64,000 nt of DNA from an uncultured Gemmatimonadaceae bacterium (lineage in GTDB: Bacteria > Gemmatimonadota > Gemmatimonadetes > Longimicrobiales > Gaopeijiaceae): positions 49-64,048 of the forward strand of contig CAZNEI010000009.1 in NCBI GenBank assembly GCA_964572045.1, read 5' to 3'. Below the pieces are notes generated by a model. The model ran no database searches. It was not told the DNA's origin and saw only the letters and a program-made list of their open reading frames with translations. This document shows positions 29,375 through 37,248 of this stretch, piece after piece; positions within the stretch are counted from its first letter, which is position 1, and the number at the start of each line of letters is the position of its first letter. Both the position numbers and the translations under genes were made by a program.

Positions 29375-29536
29375 TCTTGACTGAATTGGTCGGTCGGGGC
29401 TGGATGATGGTACCCGGAGGGACCGTACGCAAGCCCTTCCGAGCGGGGCGAAGCGGGCACAATCGCTCGCTGCCGACGGAGCTTGTCGGAGGGGCGTCGC
29501 CCACGGCCCTGGGGGGGCATCCCTCTCCACGGAGGA

Positions 29537-30355
29537 TCACCGCCGGGTTCCGTCCGCCACGACCGGCGTGGTGTCGATCTTGCCGCCGAGAAGATCGATG
29601 CGGGCACTCTCGAGATGGGCGGTGATCGCCCTCGCCGAGGCTTCTACGTTCCGGCTGCAAAGGGTCTCGTAGAGCCTGCGGTGCTGCCGGTTGTAGCGCG
29701 CGATTCGCTCCGGCGTGAGGATCGTGTCCTTGCTCAGGTCCCACTGGCTGTGGCCGCGCACCTGATTGATCTCGCGGTAGATCCAAGTCATGAGCGGGTT
29801 GTGCGTGCATTCGGCCAAGTGGAGGTGGAAGTCCTCGTCCCGTCGGGAGAAGCTCTCCGGATCGTCGCCCGCCCCCTCGACCCGCTCGAGGGCTTCGCGC
29901 AGGCGGGCCAAGTCCCGAGCCGTGGCAGAGGCTACGGCCATCCGGACCATCGGCGGCTCGAGCGCAAGGCGCACCTCGATGAGCTCGAGCGGACTCGTGA
30001 CCTCGGCGATATCACCGATTTCCGGAATCGGCCGATACGACACATACGTGCCGCTGCCGACGCGACGGACCACCAGCCCCGCGGCCTCGAGCTGGTGCAG
30101 CGCGTTGCGCACGGTGGTCCGGGAGACGTCGAAGACGCGGGCCAGATCACGCTCCGGCGCAAGCTTGTCGCCGAACTCGTGCGCCCCTTCCAAAATGGCC
30201 CGCCGAAGCTGTGCCGCGATCGCCTCTGAGGCGAGCATCCGCGCCGTCGTCTCCTCCGGCTCGGCCCTGGGTGCTGCGCCGGCGGCCGAACGGTCCAGGG
30301 GGGAGCCCGTCCGTCTCTGATCGAAGCCAGGACTCGGATCCAGCATCATCATCAT
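29537..30355 (-). CDS. GntR-family transcriptional regulator, FadR subfamily (FCD C-terminal domain)
   Basis: wHTH LAPERDLARVFDVSRTTVRNALHQLEAAGLVV followed by an all-helical FCD-like domain. Start is either ATG x4 at 30344-30355 or ATG at 30238 (MLASEAIAAQL). Confidence 0.85.
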   Translation of the reverse strand: MMMMLDPSPGFDQRRTGSPLDRSAAGAAPRAEPEETTARMLASEAIAAQLRRAILEGAHEFGDKLAPERDLARVFDVSRTTVRNALHQLEAAGLVVRRVGSGTYVSYRPIPEIGDIAEVTSPLELIEVRLALEPPMVRMAVASATARDLARLREALERVEGAGDDPESFSRRDEDFHLHLAECTHNPLMTWIYREINQVRGHSQWDLSKDTILTPERIARYNRQHRRLYETLCSRNVEASARAITAHLESARIDLLGGKIDTTPVVADGTRR

Positions 30356-30391
30356 CGGCGCGGGCCCGCGCTCCTCGGCCGCGTCACCCGG

Positions 30392-32353
30392 CTACTCCAA
30401 GCCGAACGCCAACAGGACGTTCCCCGCCGCCCCGCCGAGGATCGCGTATCCGGAGCCAACGTAAAGCATGCCGTCCACGACCGTGGGTGCGCCTCCGCCG
30501 ATGCCTCCGCCGAAGCCCGGCACGCCGTTCACGGTTTCGTATTCTCGCTGCGTGGGATACTCCCAGAGAATCGAGCCATCCTCGGCCGCATAGGCGCGCA
30601 GCACGCCGTCCCACGATCCCGTGAGCACGGCACCCGGAACGGCGATCGCCGAAGACCAGTTGGCCGAAGAGCATTCGTAGGATTCGGGATCGGGGCAGTT
30701 GGTCGGTGCCTCCGTCACCGTGTACCAGACCCGAGAGCCGTCCGATGCCCGGAGAGCCGCCATGCTGCCCGTTCCGTCGCGGAAGGGCAGCGGCTTGAAG
30801 TAGTACTCTCCGTCGAACGCGCCGCCGAAGCCGCCGTTGGCCGCCGCCATGCGATCTCCGGCCTGCGCAACCCAGAGGATCGCTCCGTTGTTGTCGGGAT
30901 CGAGCGCCGTGATCCGCCCGCTCTCCTGTCCCTCGATGATCATGCGCCGACCGTCCGGCGCCGTGTAGAGCACCGGCGCGCCCGACGGATCGTCGTCGGG
31001 ATCGCCCACGTAGCCGGGACAGTTGATCCGCTGCTCCTCGGGCTCCGCCCCACACCCGCCCGGATGCCGGTCCATCGGCACCAGCTGGGTCGACCATATC
31101 CTTGCGCCCGTATCCATATCGAACGCCATCACCGAGACGCACGCACCGCCATCGAAGCCCACTTCCTCCTCGAAGAACTCCGAGATGTAGCAGGTGCCCG
31201 CGGCCGCGTAGACCCTGCGGAGCTTCAGATCGAGCGTTGGCGCGTTCCAGATCGCCGCGCCGGCCGGGCCGTACAGCTGCGTGCCCGCCGAGTTTCGCCG
31301 GAGCGGCCTTGGTCGCTCGGCCATGGTGAACGTCTTCCAGACCGGTCGACCGGTGTTCACGTTGATCGCCGTGAGGCTGCCCTGGAACTTGCAGCACTCG
31401 TACGTGATCCGCCTTCCGGGCATCTGCTCCCATGACGAGACCCCGACGTACAGGTGCCCACCCGGAGAAGTGTCGAGCGTCGGCGGACCCGTGATCTTCG
31501 CCGCCTGATGGTCGTCGGGGAGCATGCTCCAGAGCTCTTCTCCCGTCTCCGCGTTGACGGCGGTGACGTAGCCCATGTAGTCGCCGAAGAAGGCGCCGAA
31601 ACTCACGCCGGGGATCTCCGTGATCTCGCCGACGCTGACCGCCCCGCGGATCTGGCCGGGGGCCTCGTACGACCAGTGCACGCAGCCCGTCTTCGCATCG
31701 ATGGCGTACACGAAGTTGTTGTCGCTCCCGATGAACAGCGCCCCGCCCACGACCGTCGGCTGCGACCATGCCGCCGAGGCGCCGCCGGGGAACGCGAATG
31801 CCCACTTGAGCTCCAGGTCCGACAGCTGCCGGCCGGTCAACCCCCCCGCTTCCTCCGGCTGGAACCGGTACGACTTGGTCGGGTCGGGGCTCCACCCGTT
31901 CCATGCGGGCCCCTCGAACGGATCGTCGAGCAGGAGCGGAGCGCTGCACTGGTTGCTCATCGCCTCCGCGGTGCGGTCGGCTGAGCCACCGAAGGGCTTG
32001 CCCGTCACGAGTTCCGCCATCGCCCGAAGCTCGTCCTCGCTGTAGCCCTCGACGAACTCCGTCATCGGGCCCTCCTTCAGCGAGGCGAGCACCCGCTCCG
32101 GATCCAACTGCCGGAGCGTCTGGCGGCTGGGTGCCAGGCTCTCGGGACTCCGGTTGTCGTGGCACGCGGCGCAGACCGCCTCGTACGGCGACACCATACT
32201 GGCGGCGGAGGCGGGCCTCTCAGGCTCCTGGGCCTGACCCGGCGACGGGGGGGACAGCGCGACGACGGCGAACCAGGCGCACATCGCCTTCGCGGCACCG
32301 GTCAATGGAACGGGTCTCAACATCATTCGCCTCCGGGCTTCAGGTAGGATCAT
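30392..32353 (-). CDS. Quinohemoprotein: N-terminal heme c domain (CAACH) plus PQQ-type beta-propeller dehydrogenase (polyvinyl-alcohol-dehydrogenase-like)
   Basis: 653 aa. Signal-peptide-like N-terminus, CxxCH motif and repeated propeller blades (FIGSDNNFVYAIDAKTGCVHW, VTAVNAETGEELW, ILWVAQ, ILWEY). Alternative ATGs at 32326 and 32323. Confidence 0.8.
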   Translation of the reverse strand: MILPEARRRMMLRPVPLTGAAKAMCAWFAVVALSPPSPGQAQEPERPASAASMVSPYEAVCAACHDNRSPESLAPSRQTLRQLDPERVLASLKEGPMTEFVEGYSEDELRAMAELVTGKPFGGSADRTAEAMSNQCSAPLLLDDPFEGPAWNGWSPDPTKSYRFQPEEAGGLTGRQLSDLELKWAFAFPGGASAAWSQPTVVGGALFIGSDNNFVYAIDAKTGCVHWSYEAPGQIRGAVSVGEITEIPGVSFGAFFGDYMGYVTAVNAETGEELWSMLPDDHQAAKITGPPTLDTSPGGHLYVGVSSWEQMPGRRITYECCKFQGSLTAINVNTGRPVWKTFTMAERPRPLRRNSAGTQLYGPAGAAIWNAPTLDLKLRRVYAAAGTCYISEFFEEEVGFDGGACVSVMAFDMDTGARIWSTQLVPMDRHPGGCGAEPEEQRINCPGYVGDPDDDPSGAPVLYTAPDGRRMIIEGQESGRITALDPDNNGAILWVAQAGDRMAAANGGFGGAFDGEYYFKPLPFRDGTGSMAALRASDGSRVWYTVTEAPTNCPDPESYECSSANWSSAIAVPGAVLTGSWDGVLRAYAAEDGSILWEYPTQREYETVNGVPGFGGGIGGGAPTVVDGMLYVGSGYAILGGAAGNVLLAFGLE

Positions 32354-32480
32354 GCGGACCCGAATCTCGGAAGCCGGGGTCCGACGACAGAGCGGGACAA
32401 AGAGTAACGGACAATCGGATCACGCACGCACGCCGAGGCACCGGGACCCCGTGGGGTCCGGCCACGATCGCCGCCTCCGC

Positions 32481-33818
32481 TCAGCTCCACGGGAACGGGC
32501 TGTGCGAGACCGGATGGAGGGTGCCCCGGCCGTACCGGGAAAAGCGGAACGGCTCGAGGAGCGCGGTCTTCTCCCCGCAGACCTCCTGGGCCACGAGCTT
32601 GCCCACTCCGATCATCTTGTATCCGTGGTTGGAGTCGGCGATGAAGTAGCAGTTCTCACGAAAGACGTCGAAGACCGGGAAGTTGTCGGGCGTGAAGGCT
32701 CCGATCCCTCCCGAGGGCTCATCCTTGAAGTGCCCCATCTGTCCCTCGAACCTCTCCTGGCAGTGCGCCAGTGCCGAACACCACATGTGAGCGAATTCCG
32801 GTCCGACGACGAAATCGGGAGACGCGGGGCCGTAGGGATCCACGGCAACCTCGTCCGGATCGGTCTCGATCCTGTAGGGCGCTGCTCCACCCTGAATGCC
32901 GCCGAATCTCGCGTCCGGCTTGTAGTAGATCCCCCACATCTGGTCGGTGATCAGCGACCCGTCCCTGTCGGAGTAGAGCGGCTCGCTGCAGTCGAAGTGG
33001 ATCACCGGCGGCATGTCTCCGGTGTTGGTCCGCTGGAGTTTGGGATCGACGCCGAGAGTCCCTTCCTGAAGGCTCCAATAGGTCCACATCGGAACGTCCC
33101 GGCCGGCCTGACCGTTGCCGCCTTCGATCGTCACGCTCGATGGCAGGTCCAACAGATCCCAGATCTGCTTCGCCCAGGGCCCACAACCCACGATCACGAA
33201 GTCGGTGTCGACGGTCCCCCGGTCGGTCACGACCGCGGAGACCGACGTTCCGGTGCGCTCGAAGCCCTCGACGCGGACGCCGGTCATGATCCGCACGCCC
33301 TCGGCCTCGGCCTTCTTGGCGAGGCCATGCACGCTCGGCGCGTTGTGGGCATAGCCGCCGCGCTTCTCGTGGAGCACGGACGTCACGCCCGCAGGCTTCC
33401 AGTCGGAGAAGAGGTCCTTCATGTATCGGTCGCACTCGGCCTCGCCCTCGATGAAGACCGATTCGTATCCGATCTCCCGCTGTTCGTCGGCGATCTTCGC
33501 GACGTCTTCGTGCATCGCCTCCGGGCTGATCTGCATGTAGCCGACGGGAAGGTACGAGAAGGCCTCCGGGTCGCTTTCCCAGACTTCGACGGAATGGACC
33601 ATCAGCTCGCGCATCGCGGGCTGAAAGTAGTTGTTGCGTATGACGCCGCAGGCGATTCCGGACGCGCCCGCCGCGATGCCGCTCTTGTCCAAGACCAGGA
33701 TGTCGCCGCCGCTGCCGCGCCGGCGCGTCTTCAGCTCGAGGGCAAGGTGGTATGCAGTGCTGAGGCCGTGCATGCCGGCTCCGATGACCAGGTACTTCGC
33801 GTGTGAGGGCAGTGTCAT
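32481..33818 (-). CDS. FAD-dependent oxidoreductase (DAO family, sarcosine-oxidase-beta/opine-oxidase-like)
   Basis: ATG at 33816-33818 (MTLPSHAKYLVIGAGMHGLSTA), giving GxGxxG at the N-terminus. About 445 aa. Confidence 0.85.
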   Translation of the reverse strand: MTLPSHAKYLVIGAGMHGLSTAYHLALELKTRRRGSGGDILVLDKSGIAAGASGIACGVIRNNYFQPAMRELMVHSVEVWESDPEAFSYLPVGYMQISPEAMHEDVAKIADEQREIGYESVFIEGEAECDRYMKDLFSDWKPAGVTSVLHEKRGGYAHNAPSVHGLAKKAEAEGVRIMTGVRVEGFERTGTSVSAVVTDRGTVDTDFVIVGCGPWAKQIWDLLDLPSSVTIEGGNGQAGRDVPMWTYWSLQEGTLGVDPKLQRTNTGDMPPVIHFDCSEPLYSDRDGSLITDQMWGIYYKPDARFGGIQGGAAPYRIETDPDEVAVDPYGPASPDFVVGPEFAHMWCSALAHCQERFEGQMGHFKDEPSGGIGAFTPDNFPVFDVFRENCYFIADSNHGYKMIGVGKLVAQEVCGEKTALLEPFRFSRYGRGTLHPVSHSPFPWS

Positions 33819-34277
33819 TCGAAACCCACTCCGTTCGTCTGTGGATGCCACGGTTCGGGGAAGGCTCGGGTTCGGCTGACCCACAACACACCTGCTCGGC
33901 CCCGTCGCCCTCCATGATTACAGCAAGCGCGGACCGATTGCAAACCAATCTCGCAAGAGGTCTCACATCGCGGGGAATCGATGTAAGGGGCCGGGCGAGC
34001 CCTTCAAGTCTCCGTCGGTCCTCGCACGAGCCGGTGGAACGGGTGGGGCGCAGCCAAGACCGCCCCGCCCCGGCCTGTGCCGTCCGGCCACTCGCTGGCC
34101 TATCTCTCGTCCCGCCCCGTATCTTCGCTCTCGTACCACGAGGGCGCGGATCTCCGGTCCGATGGAGCGGGCTCGTCGAGCCGCGGGGGAGCCTGAGCGA
34201 GTCTTCGATCTCTCTCCGTCTCCACGTGCATCGAGCCACGCCACCACCCCCGGAAAGACCCTGCCAGGACTGTGGCG

Positions 34278-35267
34278 ATGAAGGCAATGATCATCCGTAG
34301 GCATGGAGAACCGTCGGTCTTCAGGGCCGCGGAGGTTCCCGTGCCGAGGATCGGTCCCGGCCAAGTCCTGGTGCGGGTCGCGGCGACGTCGGTGAACCCG
34401 GTGGATTGGAAGATCCGCAAGCTCGGTCCACCGCTGGGTCCCGATCTGCCCGCCGTGCTTCACGGTGACGTAGCCGGGGTGGTGGAGGCGGTCGGGACCG
34501 AGGTCGACGGCCTCTCGGCAGGGGACGAGGTCTACGGCTGCGCCGGCGGGGTCAAGGGCTCGGGCGGGGCCTTGGCCGAGTTCATGGCCTGCGAGGCCCG
34601 CTTGCTGGCGCCGAAGCCGACCAACCTGTCGATGGTGGAGGCCGCCGCATTGCCCCTGGTCTGTCTGACCGCCTGGGAAGGCTTGGTGGATGGTGCCGAC
34701 GTCGGCCGCGGCCAGACTGTGCTGGTGCACGGGGGCGCGGGCGGCGTGGGTCACGTCGCCATACAGATCGCCGTCGCGCGGGGAGCCAAAGTCTACGCCA
34801 CCGTGTCCGGCCCCGAAAAGGCCGCCGTGGTCGGCGGCTACGGCGCGATCCCCATCAACTACCGGACACAGAGCCTCGAGGCCTACGTCGACGCCCACAC
34901 GGGTGGGGCCGGCTTCGACGTCGTCTACGATACGGTCGGAGGTGACAACCTCCCCAAGTCCTGGGCCGCCGCAAAACTCAGGGGCACGGTCATCAGCTGT
35001 CAATCCGATTCGACCCAGGACCTCACGCCTCTACACCTGAAGGGACTACGGCATGTCAGCGTGATGATGCTGATCCCGTTGTTGTACGGGACGGGGGCAG
35101 CCGCACACGGTCGAATCATGAGGCGGATCACCGCGCTTGCCGAAGCCGGACAGATTCGCCCGCTGATCGACGGCGAGCCCTACGCCCTCGAGAACGTGGC
35201 AGAGGCCCATGCCCGCTTGGAGTCCGGTCGGGCCACGGGGAAGGTGGCAGTGCGGGTCGGCGTCTGA
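34278..35267 (+). CDS. Zinc-type/MDR quinone oxidoreductase-like NAD(P)H-dependent reductase
   Basis: MKAMIIRRHGEPSVF, VRVAATSVNPVDWKIR and nucleotide fold VHGGAGGVGHVAIQ. ATG at 34278 (a GTG at 34272 is possible). Confidence 0.9.
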   Translation: MKAMIIRRHGEPSVFRAAEVPVPRIGPGQVLVRVAATSVNPVDWKIRKLGPPLGPDLPAVLHGDVAGVVEAVGTEVDGLSAGDEVYGCAGGVKGSGGALAEFMACEARLLAPKPTNLSMVEAAALPLVCLTAWEGLVDGADVGRGQTVLVHGGAGGVGHVAIQIAVARGAKVYATVSGPEKAAVVGGYGAIPINYRTQSLEAYVDAHTGGAGFDVVYDTVGGDNLPKSWAAAKLRGTVISCQSDSTQDLTPLHLKGLRHVSVMMLIPLLYGTGAAAHGRIMRRITALAEAGQIRPLIDGEPYALENVAEAHARLESGRATGKVAVRVGV

Positions 35268-35302
35268 CCGCAGGGCCGGCTTCCCTCCCCGCCCGTGCCG
35301 GG

Positions 35303-37248
35303 CTACATGGCGGTGTCTTCGCCCTTGACGTGCGTGTCGAACCACGCCACGAAGCGCTCGAGCAAGTCCTTGTGGTAGCTCGGCCGTCGGATGCCGTGGT
35401 GTGCTCCGGGTTCATCGCCTGATACATCTGCTCAGAGTTCTGGATCGGGACGTTCCAGTCCTTCTCACCTCCGATCCAAAGCGTGGCCGTCGTGATGTTC
35501 TCGACCTTGTTGAACGGTGAAACCCTCTCCCAGATCTCGCGACTCTCCCATGGGAGGCCGAGTTCCATCGCGTACCAGGCCTGGTAGCGGTCGTGACCAT
35601 AGTTGGCGATCCACAGCGCGTTGCTGGCCCCCGAGACGGCACCCGCATAGCGGTCCGTCTGGGTGATGACGTAGTTGGTGAGTATCCCCCCGTAGGACCA
35701 ACCGCCGATGCCCAGCCGGTCGGGGTCGGCGTAGCCGAGCTCCAAGACGTGGTCGGTCGACACGAGCACGTCCTCGGCATCGTGCAGACCCCAGGCCTGC
35801 CAGTTCGAGAGCGTGAAGTCGAGTCCTCTGCCGCCCGACCCCCGGACATTCGGCATCACCACTACATAGCCGTTGGCGGCGAAGAGCTGCACCCGGAACT
35901 CAAAGCCATAGTCGTATTGCGCCTCCTGTCCGCCGTGAAGCCAAAGGATGGTGGGGTAGCGCAGGCTCGGATCGAAGGAGGTCGGCTTGTATACGAACGC
36001 CTGGATCTCGGTTCCGTCGAGAGTGGGAAAGCGCTCCTCTTCGGCGTCGGCCAGCGCGATCGTCCCCAGCAGGTCGTCGTTGACACGGGTGAGCCGGCGG
36101 AGGCCCGGCGAGCCCGACGCGTCCGCATCGAGCACAAAGAGTTCGGCCGGCAACTGGGGCTCGCTGACGAGGGCGACGACGGAGCCGTCGGGTGCCACGG
36201 CGGCCGCCTCCACGCGGCGCCGTCCGGCGATCGGCCGGCCCAGGCTGCCGTCTTCGATCGACACGCTGGCCAGGTTGACCATCCCGTCATCCTCGAGCAG
36301 GGCATAGGCGCTGCGGCCGTCCGGTGCGAAGCGCGGTCGGGCGAGCTTCCGGTCGAGGGACGCGGTGAGGACCATCGGCTCGTCCTCACCCACGCCGATG
36401 ATGGCCAGTTGAGTCGGCAGGTAATAGACGGGGAGGTCGGGCCGGGTCGTCGTGAGATAGGCGATCCGCTGGCCGTCGGGGTGCCACACCGGCGTATCGT
36501 CAGACCCGGCGTTCGAGGTGACCCGGACGGCTTCCTGCTCCTGGAAGGACACGTCCGGATTCACCAGCCAGATGTCGCTGTTGTAGTTCGAGTCCGGCTC
36601 GTCGCTGCGGTTGCTCACGAAGGGGATCATGCTCCCGTCGGGAGACCAGGCGGGTGCGGAGTCTTCATAGTCGCCCGCCGTGACCTGCACGCTGGCCGCG
36701 GTGGCGATGTCGAAGACGTAGAGATGGGCGCGCCGACGATTCAGGTAACCCTCGTAGTCTTCCTTGAACTGCAACCGGTCGATCACCCATGGTCCGTCCG
36801 CCTCCGCCTCGGTGGGCTCGTCACGAACCACGAGCACGAGTCGCTTCCCGTCAGGGGACCACTCGTACCCCTCGACGCCCTGCCGGACGCTGGTGAGCTG
36901 GACGCCCTCACCGCCACGCAGGTCCAGCGCGTAGACCTGCTGGCCCCCGACCCCAGGGCCCTGCTGCCACTCGCGCTGCGACAGGAATGCCAGGTAGCTG
37001 CCGTCGGGGCTCCATCGGGGCCGCGAGATGGAGCTCCCTGGGGCGGTCATCGGGATCGCATCACCGCCGGAGATGGGCACGATCCACAGCCGCGTCTCGG
37101 ACCGGTCCGCCTCAAGGTCCTGGGCCGTGACCGTGTAGGCGACCCAGGCACCGTCTGGGCTGATGCGCGGATCGTGCCGATCCGCATCAGCACCTGTGCA
37201 AGGACCTGAGCCGGCCCCGTCCCCTTCAGCGGGCCAGCAAGGGGCCAA
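35303..37248 (-). pseudogene. S9-family serine peptidase (beta-propeller plus alpha/beta hydrolase) with a frame-disrupting lesion just before the catalytic His
   Basis: Main frame carries ISPDG propeller repeats, the Ser motif GGWSYGG and the Asp region GGEKDWNVP. After QMYQAMNPE the frame degenerates into R/S/T/A-rich text and runs 140 nt into the convergent gene. The family-typical end HHGIRRPSYHKDLLERFVAWFDTHVKGEDTAM-stop is in the adjacent frame (35303..35401). TTG start overlaps the upstream gene by 23 nt. Confidence 0.6.
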
